A stretch of DNA of 14,506 bases from Nanobdellota archaeon (lineage in GTDB: Archaea > Nanobdellota > Nanobdellia > Nanobdellales > Nanobdellaceae). How positions within the stretch are numbered: the stretch's first letter is position 1; every line of letters begins with the position of its first letter. A model generated the notes under the pieces. That model ran no database searches, was not told where the DNA came from, and saw only the letters and a list, made by a program, of their open reading frames with translations. The stretch covers positions 1 through 14,506 of the forward strand of contig JAIXNB010000007.1 of NCBI GenBank assembly GCA_020697515.1, written 5' to 3'. This document shows, piece by piece, positions 1 to 7,966 of the stretch. The position numbers were made by a program, and so were the translations under genes.

Positions 1-240
1 GAATACTTCATACTTTATATGTAAAGGCAATCTATGGAATAAAACTAAATCTATCTCACGGGAGTACATAGATCCTATTTCAGCTTCAATTTCTGGATCG
101 ATTTCTTTTAGAATTACTGCTAGATCTATATCTGATAAAGGTTTTTGGTTTCTTTTGGCGTAAGATCCAAAGATATATACTGCTACAACTTTTTTATTAT
201 TTTTCAACTTACTAATGATCTTTTCTATCTCATTATTCAT
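1..240 (-). CDS. Nucleotidyltransferase-domain protein (minimal NTase / MNT type, the usual partner of HEPN proteins); 5' part only, the gene continues beyond the left edge
   Basis: My reverse-complement translation from the ATG at 240-238 is open for 80 codons to position 1: MNNEIEKIISKLKNNKKVVAVYIFGSYAKRNQKPLSDIDLAVILKEIDPEIEAEIGSMYSREIDLVLFHRLPLHIKYEVF. It carries the GSxA..(x)SDIDLxV nucleotidyltransferase signature. It is absent from the ORF track because it has no stop inside the window. Confidence 0.75.
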   Translation of the reverse strand, partial: MNNEIEKIISKLKNNKKVVAVYIFGSYAKRNQKPLSDIDLAVILKEIDPEIEAEIGSMYSREIDLVLFHRLPLHIKYEVF

Positions 241-311
241 TGAATTTATGGTATTTCGTATATTTTTAAAGTTAAAAGTATTTCTAAAAGCGACAAAAAT
301 ATAATAAAATT

Positions 312-1032
312 TTAGTTACTGTTTATAAACTCTAATAAAGATTTCTTATTTACAATTTTTCTCCCTTGTATTCTTCCAAAGCTAAAATATCCATTTTCTG
401 TTATAATTATCTGACCAATCGATCCTAAAACTTTTGGAACATAATTTAGAATCTTTAATTCATTTTTATTATTTAGTAACTCTATATTTTCTAAATTATA
501 CTCTAAAATTCCGTTAATTCCGTATTTACTATCAAATCATTCTAAATCTAATTTTTTATACAATTCTACTTTATTTTTATAATTCAATACTATCTATAAA
601 TTCTACCTTTAACTTACTTTCAATTTTTCTAGCCTCTAAGCCATTACTTACTTCTTTATATCTTCTAATCTATCTTATCTAACAACACCAACTTTTACAA
701 CTTTCCCTCCAAAATATGTTAAATAAACATAGAAACTTGTATTAAAACATAATTCCCTCACTTCTTCATGAGGGTTTATACATTTAATTTCATTACATAT
801 AGAATATGGAACCCAAAAATCTTTTAGTTCACATTTTTTACATCTGTAACTTTTATTTATTTTAACCTAATTAGGAGTATATCTTTTTTAAAATCTAAAT
901 AACCAATACCATATCTTTCACTAAATAAATGTTCACTAAATAGTTCATATAATTCTATTCTAAAAGATTCTTCATCTTTACGGACTTCTATTCAGGAAAT
1001 ATTTTATCACACCAGAGTCGTATTATTACCAT
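312..1032 (-). pseudogene. Decayed gene of unknown family (CxxC...CxxxxC cysteine-rich segment); at least 4-5 frameshifts or in-frame stops
   Basis: No ORF of 60 aa or more exists in any frame between 241 and 1127. The minus strand nevertheless reads as collinear protein-like blocks in shifting frames: MVIIRLWCDKIFPE* / IEVRKDEESFRIELYELFSEHLFSERYGIGYLDFKKDILLIRLK* / INKSYRCKKCELKDFWVPYSICNEIKCINPHEEVRELCFNTSFYVYLTYFGGKVVKVGVVR* / IRRYKEVSNGLEARKIESKLKVEFIDSIEL* / IVLNYKNKVELYKKLDLE*FDSKYGINGILEYNLENIELLNNKNELKILNYVPKVLGSIGQIIITENGYFSFGRIQGRKIVNKKSLLEFINSN*. Confidence 0.6.
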
Positions 1033-1127
1033 TTTTTCTTTAAAATTGAGATTTAAAGAATATTGCAGAATATAAATTGTAGAGGTTTATGAATATATAA
1101 GGAAATATAGAGCCTGTAGAAAACAAT

Positions 1128-2420
1128 TCATTTTATTTTCTCCTTTAGAAACTCTATTAATTTTTTACTTTCAACTCTTATTCTTTCTTTAGTTATTCTA
1201 TCTTGGAAGGTTACTTTCTCTTCCTTCAGATCTTTTTCACCAATAATTATAAGATACCTAATATCCTTTTCAACAACATACTCCATCTGTTTCTTAAAAT
1301 TCCTTTTCATTAAATCAATGTAAGTGTTAAAACCTTCTTTTCTTAATTTATTTGCAATCTCCCAAGCATCTTTAAATGTATTGCCTATATAAATAACAGC
1401 AATTTGGGTGTATGTTTTTTTATCTAACTTAAAGACCCCTAATTCTAATCCAGCATCTATTAACCTTTCTACACCTATAGAACCACCTACAGCAGGAATA
1501 TTTTTCTTAGTAAATAATCTTATTAGATTATCGTACCTGCCTCCCCCAGATAAACTTCCTATTTTTGGTTTATCGACTATGGCCTCATAAATCATTCCGG
1601 TATAATAGTCTAACCCTCTAACTAAAGATAAGTCGATCTCAACTCTTTTTCTAGTTCTTCCAGGCAATAAATCTAAGATACATCTTAAGTTATCCACAGA
1701 TATTTCCACATTTTGGTTTTTTCCATATTTCCTTTCAGCTTCCTCTAAAACCTCATTACCTCTTAGAGTTATTATATCAGTAATCTTATCTATTTTTTCT
1801 GCATTTAATCCCACCTCTTTTAGCTCTTTTTTTACTTCATCAATTCCTATCTTATCTAATTTATCTATTACTCTGTAAACATGTAGGATTAAATTATCGT
1901 GTAATTTCAACTCCTCTTCAAAAATACCCCTTAATAACCTTCTATCATTAACTTTTATCTTATAATTATCAAAGTTAAATTCCTTAAAAACTGTGTCTAC
2001 AATTAAAATAATTTCTACATCACTTTCAGACCCTCTAGATCCGATAATATCAAAATCTGCCTGCCAGAACTCTCTATACCTTCCTTTTTGCGGCTCTTCA
2101 TATCTATAAACCCTATCGATTACATATCTCTTAAAAGGTAATTTTGATTGAAATCTTGCAAAGAATCTGGCTAAGGGAACAGTATGATCATATCTTAGAG
2201 CATACTCTTTTTTAGAGTAGGGTAATTTAAATCTCCATATCAACTTATTTTCAGCCTCGTCTCCATATTTACCTTTTAGAGTTTCCCAATATTCTACGAT
2301 TGGAGTAATTACCGGATCAAAACCAAATTTTTGGAATATTTTTTCTATTTTTGTGAAAATATCTTTTCTAAGAATTGCTATTTCTGGAGGAAAATCTCTA
2401 GTTCCTCTAGGTGGTTGCAT
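1128..2420 (-). CDS. hisS: Histidine--tRNA ligase (class II aaRS)
   Basis: The 430-aa ORF has an N-terminus MQPPRGTRDF..., the typical HisRS RGxRD start, class II core motifs (GGGRYD, GGSIGVERL) and a C-terminal anticodon-binding-like region. The track start at 2423 is TTG. The adjacent ATG at 2420 is the more likely start. Confidence 0.95.
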   Translation of the reverse strand: MQPPRGTRDFPPEIAILRKDIFTKIEKIFQKFGFDPVITPIVEYWETLKGKYGDEAENKLIWRFKLPYSKKEYALRYDHTVPLARFFARFQSKLPFKRYVIDRVYRYEEPQKGRYREFWQADFDIIGSRGSESDVEIILIVDTVFKEFNFDNYKIKVNDRRLLRGIFEEELKLHDNLILHVYRVIDKLDKIGIDEVKKELKEVGLNAEKIDKITDIITLRGNEVLEEAERKYGKNQNVEISVDNLRCILDLLPGRTRKRVEIDLSLVRGLDYYTGMIYEAIVDKPKIGSLSGGGRYDNLIRLFTKKNIPAVGGSIGVERLIDAGLELGVFKLDKKTYTQIAVIYIGNTFKDAWEIANKLRKEGFNTYIDLMKRNFKKQMEYVVEKDIRYLIIIGEKDLKEEKVTFQDRITKERIRVESKKLIEFLKEKIK

Positions 2421-2505
2421 CAAAATATAAAGTATATTTAATCTTTAATCTTTTAATTTGGACTGGAATTTATAGGAAAAGAATACAACATCCAGTTTTT
2501 ATAAA

Positions 2506-3318
2506 TTAAAAAATTAAAGAGAACATAAACTTGTGCGTTAATGCATTATAGAATCTTAAATCCATTCCTTTTATTTTATCATCTATTTCTTTTGAGGATA
2601 TTTTTAAAGGATCGTAGACATCACTAGCAAAGGCGAATATGGTATACATATCAAAAGACGGAACCCATACTCCATAATATCGTACAATTTTGAATACTTC
2701 TTTTAAGTACTCACTGGATTTCTTCCATTTTCCATCCACATATTCATAAGCTAGAGTAACAAAAATCCCATCTTTATTTAAATGTTCCTTAACTAAAATA
2801 GCTGTGTCTTTTGAATATAACTCGTTTGAAAGGGGAATATCCTCTGAAGGATCTGTTAAGTCGAAAATAATTATATCGTATTTTTCATCACCTTTCCTTA
2901 AAAATTCCAACCCATCAGTCGCATAAAATTGTACTCTTGGATCCTCCTCTTTAAAAGAGTAAGGTAAATATTTTTTACATATCTTAACTAACTCTTCATC
3001 TATGTCTACCCAGATTATCCTTTCAAGAGGAAACTTTACTAGATATCTTATAATTGTTCCCTCCCCATTCCCAACAACCAGTACTTTTTTGGGGTTTTTA
3101 TGAACAACTAATGCTGGTAAAGTTATAGCCTCATGATATCTATACTCATCACTTTCTGCTGATTGAATTTGACCATCTAGAACTAGAAAAGTTCCAAGCA
3201 TATCGTTTTTTGCAATTAGAACTTCTTGGTATTTTGTTTTCCCATAGAATAATAGGTCCTCTATTGGGATTAATTCATATTGATTTTTGTACCTATCAAG
3301 GAAATAGAGATATGTCAT
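2506..3318 (-). CDS. speE: Polyamine aminopropyltransferase (spermidine synthase family)
   Basis: Family hallmarks are collinear: KTKYQEVLI...LVLDGQIQSAESDEYRYHE, a nucleotide-binding loop VLVVGNGEGT, DIIIFDLTDP, and VPSF...FAFAS near the C-terminus. A GAGGA Shine-Dalgarno-like sequence lies 6-10 nt upstream of the ATG. Confidence 0.85.
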   Translation of the reverse strand: MTYLYFLDRYKNQYELIPIEDLLFYGKTKYQEVLIAKNDMLGTFLVLDGQIQSAESDEYRYHEAITLPALVVHKNPKKVLVVGNGEGTIIRYLVKFPLERIIWVDIDEELVKICKKYLPYSFKEEDPRVQFYATDGLEFLRKGDEKYDIIIFDLTDPSEDIPLSNELYSKDTAILVKEHLNKDGIFVTLAYEYVDGKWKKSSEYLKEVFKIVRYYGVWVPSFDMYTIFAFASDVYDPLKISSKEIDDKIKGMDLRFYNALTHKFMFSLIF

Positions 3319-3375
3319 TTTTGTTCCTCAGTGGTTAAAATTTATAAGTTTTATAATATTTAGGCCTCAACTAAA

Positions 3376-3427
3376 TTTACAACTGAAAGCCACGCCTTTT
3401 AGGGCAGGGAGGAGGTCAGAACATTAG
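3376..3427 (-). repeat. GC-rich intergenic element, short copy A (candidate structured sRNA or cis element)
   Basis: Minus-sense sequence is ctaatgttctGACCTCCTCCCTGCCCTAAAAGGCGTGGCTTTCAGTTGTAAA. The 42-nt core (3417 to 3376) is 35/42 identical, ungapped, to copy C at 9872-9913. It lies between the scaffold-gene stop (3554) and the speE start (3318). Confidence 0.65.
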
Positions 3428-3553
3428 GAACATACCGCAAACTACCGGCAATTCCTAATTTATAATAAGGATTATATTGAAAACTAAAATTTTAATTAAC
3501 CACTAATAACATTCTATATTTACTTTCTAGTATTCTAACATTAAAGATGATTT

Positions 3554-3919
3554 TTATATCCTGGGTAGTTTTTCTTTAAATGTTTTTAATGGTAAAAGTG
3601 CGCATTGAAGCCTACTTTTTGATATATCTGCGAGATCTATCTCTTTTAAGAATTCTCTATCTGAAAGTTCTAAAATTTCTTTCACATTTTTTCCTTTTAT
3701 ATGTTCAATGAATTTACTTGTAGCGTACATTAAAATATTACAACCCGTACCCTCGAAACTGGCATCTTTTATTATCCCATTTTCTATTTTTAAATACAAG
3801 GTAATGTTATCTCCACAGTGATATGGATTACTACCATACAATACTACATTTGCATCTTTCAACTTATGCTTTTTTATTAATTTCAAGGCCTTTAGTATTT
3901 TGATCAGATCCATATACAT
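3554..3919 (-). CDS. Fe-S cluster scaffold / sulfur-acceptor protein, NifU N-terminal (IscU/SufU) family
   Basis: Three ligand cysteines sit in the family context: NPYHCGD, GTGCNIL and RLQCALLPL. There is no LPPVK motif and no His before the last Cys (SufU-like traits), but the Cys2-Cys3 spacing is short (IscU-like). The start lies 3 nt after the sufS stop. Confidence 0.85.
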   Translation of the reverse strand: MYMDLIKILKALKLIKKHKLKDANVVLYGSNPYHCGDNITLYLKIENGIIKDASFEGTGCNILMYATSKFIEHIKGKNVKEILELSDREFLKEIDLADISKSRLQCALLPLKTFKEKLPRI

Positions 3920-3922
3920 AAT

Positions 3923-5119
3923 TTATATGTTTAATTCTTTAATAAGCCTCTTTAGAGCATCTAATAAGGCAATAATATCCTCTTCATTATTATAGAGATA
4001 TACACTAGCTCTGACACTTGCTGGAATATTCAATCTTCTGTGTAAAGGGTGTGCACAATGAAGACCAGACCTAACTGCAATATGTTTATAGTTAAGATAC
4101 TCCGCTACATCATGAGCATGGATGCCTTTTATATTAAAAGAAACTAAGCTGCTTCGCTTTTTAATCTTCCTACTACCATAGTATTCTATATTTTGTTCTT
4201 CTAGGCCATCAACCAGTAACTTTATTAACTCTCTCTCGTGTTTTTCTATATTTTCCATACCAACCGTTGTTAAATACTCTATTGCAGCTTTTAATCCGAC
4301 TGCACCTTCAATAAACGGAGTTCCGGCCTCGAATTTCCATGGTAGTTCTGCGGGGACGAACTCATCCATACGTACATCCTTGATCATCCCACCCCCAACT
4401 AAAAAAACATCTAATTCTTCTAGTAGCTCTTCCTTACCATATAATATCCCGATACCACTGGGTCCCAGCATCTTATGAGCAGAAAATGCTAAAAAGTCTA
4501 CTTTCATTCTTTTAACATTAGTTAATAAATGTGGTACCCCTTGTGCTCCATCTACTATTAGAATACTTGCATTTTCATCAGCAATTCTTCTGATTTCTTT
4601 TAAATCGTTTATATTACCAAGAACATTAGATACAAAAGTTACTGCAATAACTTTTGCATCTTTTGCTTTTTTCTCTAGATCGTTCATATCTAATTCCTGT
4701 TCTTCATTTATATCCACGATCTCCAACTGTATCTTTTTGAGTTTTTTTAATCTCAACCATGGTAGAAAATTGGAATGATGTTCCATAATCGTAGTTACAA
4801 CTTTATCACCCTTATTTAATGGTAGTGTATTAGCTATTAGATTAATAGCTTCTGTAGTATTTCGAACATATATGATTTCTCTCCAGCTATATGCATTAAT
4901 GAAATTTGCAACAATTTTTTTACTTTCTTCATAAATCTCACTGGCTTCTTGGCTAAGGATGTGCAACCCCCGATGTATATTTGAATAGTGATTCTCATAG
5001 AAATCAACAATCTCGTTTATAACCTGTATCGGTTTTTGAGTAGACGCGGCATTGTCTAGATATATAATTTTTCTTTTTTTAAAAATTGGAAAGTCTTCTT
5101 TGATTTTAGCAACATCCAT
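3923..5119 (-). CDS. sufS: Cysteine desulfurase, class V aminotransferase fold (SufS/CsdA type)
   Basis: The 398-aa ORF has the PLP-lysine motif FSAHKMLGPSGIG and the active-site cysteine loop RSGLHCAHP. It is adjacent to sufCBD and to the scaffold gene. Confidence 0.9.
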   Translation of the reverse strand: MDVAKIKEDFPIFKKRKIIYLDNAASTQKPIQVINEIVDFYENHYSNIHRGLHILSQEASEIYEESKKIVANFINAYSWREIIYVRNTTEAINLIANTLPLNKGDKVVTTIMEHHSNFLPWLRLKKLKKIQLEIVDINEEQELDMNDLEKKAKDAKVIAVTFVSNVLGNINDLKEIRRIADENASILIVDGAQGVPHLLTNVKRMKVDFLAFSAHKMLGPSGIGILYGKEELLEELDVFLVGGGMIKDVRMDEFVPAELPWKFEAGTPFIEGAVGLKAAIEYLTTVGMENIEKHERELIKLLVDGLEEQNIEYYGSRKIKKRSSLVSFNIKGIHAHDVAEYLNYKHIAVRSGLHCAHPLHRRLNIPASVRASVYLYNNEEDIIALLDALKRLIKELNI

Positions 5120-5183
5120 TATGATTAATTTTTATTTTAGTTTACAAAATAAATAAAAACTTAATTTGCAGTACTTTGCAAGT

Positions 5184-5870
5184 TTATATCATATATATTA
5201 TGCTTTTCTCAAGAATGTCTAAAATTGTGTTAGAAGACAACCCCTTACTTCTCAAATAAAACTCCTGATCTTTAGTCAATATTACTTTTTTTGCTCCATG
5301 CACTGCTCTAGCATCGGGATCTAAAACCTTTATACCAGGCAACAAAACTATTTTTGATTCAGGTTTTGCTATAACTAATTGATTTAATTTCCCATAAGAT
5401 CTTCTGCTACCAACAGGATGCTCAAGGATCCCTATAGAAATCAACTTTTTTAAGACCACTGCTTTTATATCTATATTGGATTTGCTATTTCTTGAATGTA
5501 CTACATTAATGTAATGATACACCTCTCCCCCTATCTTACCGTATAACTTATATCCCGCAGAGGAGTTTTCTTCTAGAATTATTTCATCAAACAGTATAAC
5601 CCATCCGTTATTTTTAATATTTATATTTAGAGAGAAATCTGAGGAATGTTTGACTGTAATTCTTCGTACAACAACTACGTTTTTACCCCCTATTACACTC
5701 AGAACATTAGAATTTCCTTTGATTGTTAGATCTTCTTCATATAATGCATTATATCTATAAAATACTCTCTGTACACTATTGTGTACCATTGTATTGTTCC
5801 TAATTTTTGGGAGCGCCTTGAGCTTATTCAAATCTATATATCTTCTGAAAGCTCTATACAGTATCTCCAT
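5184..5870 (-). CDS. sufD: SufD-like Fe-S assembly protein (SufBD domain only, short form)
   Basis: The 228-aa ORF has a C-terminal segment DARAVHGAKKVILTKDQEFYLRSKGLS matching the SufB/SufD conserved end (compare HEAKIERLDEDKMFYLMARGIS in the upstream SufB). Its start overlaps the sufB stop by 17 nt. Confidence 0.7.
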   Translation of the reverse strand: MEILYRAFRRYIDLNKLKALPKIRNNTMVHNSVQRVFYRYNALYEEDLTIKGNSNVLSVIGGKNVVVVRRITVKHSSDFSLNINIKNNGWVILFDEIILEENSSAGYKLYGKIGGEVYHYINVVHSRNSKSNIDIKAVVLKKLISIGILEHPVGSRRSYGKLNQLVIAKPESKIVLLPGIKVLDPDARAVHGAKKVILTKDQEFYLRSKGLSSNTILDILEKSIIYMI

Positions 5871-7284
5871 ATTTATCTAATTCTAGATTAATTAGCTTTC
5901 TTACCTCCATTGCATATTTAAAAGGTATTTTCTTAAGAACATCTTCAAAGAACCCTATATAAACTAAATTTCTTACAGAATCTTTACTAATTCCTCTAGC
6001 CATTAAATAGAACATTTTATCCTCATCTAATCTTTCAATCTTTGCTTCATGATTAAAATAAGAACTTTTTTCGTAGTTTTCAATCCTAGGCAAGGCTTCA
6101 GCTGTTCCTTTCCCCTCTACCAAAGAATCACACTGTGAAATAGATTTAGAGTTCTCAGACCCCTTTAGTATTTTTATATCCCCCCTGTATATAGATGTAG
6201 CCTTTTTCTCTTTTCCTATAGATATAGATCTAGAAACTATAATACTTCTTGAGTTCTTTCCAACATGTATTGCTTTCCCTCCAGTGTCTAGTGTTTGTCC
6301 ATCTGTAGCAAAAGATATATTATATATCTCTCCTTTAGAGTAATTACCTTTTAATATCAATCCAGGATACACCATAGTAACTTTACTTCCAAATTCCGCG
6401 GAAATCCATAAACCATGTGTATTATTATATAGAATTGCACGCTTTGTTGCTAAATTATATACGTTCTTTGACCAATTTTGTAGTGTGATGTATCTAACTT
6501 TACTGTTTTCTTTCGCAATTACTTCAACTACTGATGCATGTAGAGAGGCCTTGGAATATAAGGGTGCAGAGCAACCTTCTATATATGTAATCTCTGCATT
6601 TTTCTCAACTATTATTAAAGTTCTTTCAAATTGACCAATACCCTCTAGATTCATTCTAAAGTAAGTATGTAATGGAAACGGTACTTTCACACCTTCTGGT
6701 ACATAAATAAATGTACCACCTGACCAAACTGCTGTATTTAAGGCTGCAAATTTGTTATCAAGGTAAGGAACAATTTTTCCAAAGTATCTTTTAACAATAT
6801 CAGAATACTCTATTACAGCTTCATCCATACTAGTGAATATAACTCCTAACTGTTCTAGATATTTTTTTACTTTTTTATACACAACTGATGAATCAAATTG
6901 AAGTCCAAATCCTGCTAACATTTTAGTTTCCTCTTCAGATATTCCTAATTTTTTAAAAATCCTTTTTATATATTCAGGAATATCCTCCCTGTTTTCAGGT
7001 TTTTTTCTAAGCTCCGGTGAAGCATAATAAATCATATCATCAAAATCTATCTCACTAAGGTCAGGCCCCCAGTCGGGTAAAGGTAATTTTTTGAACCATT
7101 CGTAAGCTTTTAGCCTCATCTCAGTCATCCAGGATGGCTCTTCTTTCATCTCCGATAACTCTAGTATTTTTTCTTTTGTAAGTGGACCTTTTATAACTAT
7201 CTGGGGTTCATATGTTACCTTAAACCAGTGATTCCTTAAGGAATTTTTTATATCATCAAAAGATTTAGAATTTTGCATACCCAT
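5854..7284 (-). CDS. sufB: Fe-S cluster assembly protein SufB
   Basis: The 476-aa ORF has SufB-typical blocks (FERTLIIVEKNAEITYIEGCSAP, GKAIHVGKNSRS, FYLMARGIS). It overlaps the sufC stop by 20 nt. Confidence 0.92.
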   Translation of the reverse strand: MGMQNSKSFDDIKNSLRNHWFKVTYEPQIVIKGPLTKEKILELSEMKEEPSWMTEMRLKAYEWFKKLPLPDWGPDLSEIDFDDMIYYASPELRKKPENREDIPEYIKRIFKKLGISEEETKMLAGFGLQFDSSVVYKKVKKYLEQLGVIFTSMDEAVIEYSDIVKRYFGKIVPYLDNKFAALNTAVWSGGTFIYVPEGVKVPFPLHTYFRMNLEGIGQFERTLIIVEKNAEITYIEGCSAPLYSKASLHASVVEVIAKENSKVRYITLQNWSKNVYNLATKRAILYNNTHGLWISAEFGSKVTMVYPGLILKGNYSKGEIYNISFATDGQTLDTGGKAIHVGKNSRSIIVSRSISIGKEKKATSIYRGDIKILKGSENSKSISQCDSLVEGKGTAEALPRIENYEKSSYFNHEAKIERLDEDKMFYLMARGISKDSVRNLVYIGFFEDVLKKIPFKYAMEVRKLINLELDKYGDTV

Positions 7285-7966
7285 ATTTCTCTATTTCCCC
7301 TAGAATAGAGCTGGCACCTTCCCATACTATTTTTCCATTTTTCAGTATGTAAACTTTATCTGGTGTTATACTTTGAAATATCCTAGTATAGTGGGTTACT
7401 ATCATAAATGTTTTTCCTTCTTTAATCTTCTCAACTATAAGGTTATTGATAAGTCTTAGAGAATCTATATCCAATCCAGAGTCTATTTCATCTAGGATAA
7501 TTAGTTTTGGATCTAGCAAATCTATAAATAATAACTCCATCTTTTTTCTTTCTCCTCCAGAGAACCCTTCATTAATTCCCCTATCAAGAAAGTCCTCTGG
7601 AAGGCCGTATTTAATAGCTAAGTTCAATAATTTTTCTTCATCAAAATTGTTTAATATATATTTTAGAAGTACTCTAGTCTTTAGGACGTCAATTTCCGGT
7701 GGGTGCTGAAAAGCAAGATACACTCCCTTTTTAGATATTTCATCAGGACTAAGATCCGTTATATCCTCTCCATTGAAAATTATTTTTCCTTGCTTCTTTA
7801 AGGAAGGATCACCCATAATAGCTCTAGCTAAGGTAGTTTTTCCAGATCCATTGGGACCCATTATAGCAGTAATTTTATTTTTTGGGATAGTGATGTTTAT
7901 TCCAGTCAAAATCACCTTATTGTTCTTCATTACAGACAGATCAATTGTTTTGAGAATAAACTGCAT
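7265..7966 (-). CDS. sufC: Fe-S cluster assembly ATPase SufC (ABC-type)
   Basis: It has Walker A GPNGSGKTT, ABC signature FSGGERKK, Walker B LIILDEIDSGLD and an H-loop VTHY. Confidence 0.95.
   Translation of the reverse strand: MQFILKTIDLSVMKNNKVILTGINITIPKNKITAIMGPNGSGKTTLARAIMGDPSLKKQGKIIFNGEDITDLSPDEISKKGVYLAFQHPPEIDVLKTRVLLKYILNNFDEEKLLNLAIKYGLPEDFLDRGINEGFSGGERKKMELLFIDLLDPKLIILDEIDSGLDIDSLRLINNLIVEKIKEGKTFMIVTHYTRIFQSITPDKVYILKNGKIVWEGASSILGEIEKYGYAKF

Noticed and set aside
279-294. Exact 16-nt repeat TATTTCTAAAAGCGAC, also at 8061-8076, in both cases in spacers upstream of minus-strand genes
   Set aside because: The flanks do not extend the match. My rough estimate for this base composition is ~0.3-0.5 chance 16-mer matches per window of this size, and the distances to the downstream start codons differ (~40 versus ~95 nt). 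It would be worth a genome-wide count but is not significant on its own.
1408-1590. Plus-strand 60-aa ORF inside hisS
   Set aside because: It lies entirely antisense to a confidently identified gene. Its low-complexity, Pro/Ser/Leu-rich translation is typical of shadow ORFs on the opposite strand of AT-rich, Lys/Glu/Ile-rich genes.
3340-3357. TATA-like boxes (TTTATAAG, TTTATAATA) that could drive plus-strand transcription of element A from ~3380, which would make the GGAGGAGG-sense strand the RNA
   Set aside because: The same AT-rich boxes serve the divergent speE promoter, and TATA-like words are ubiquitous here. The G-U wobble positions in the conserved hairpin favour the opposite (GACCUCC) sense. 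The orientation remains open until transcript data exist.
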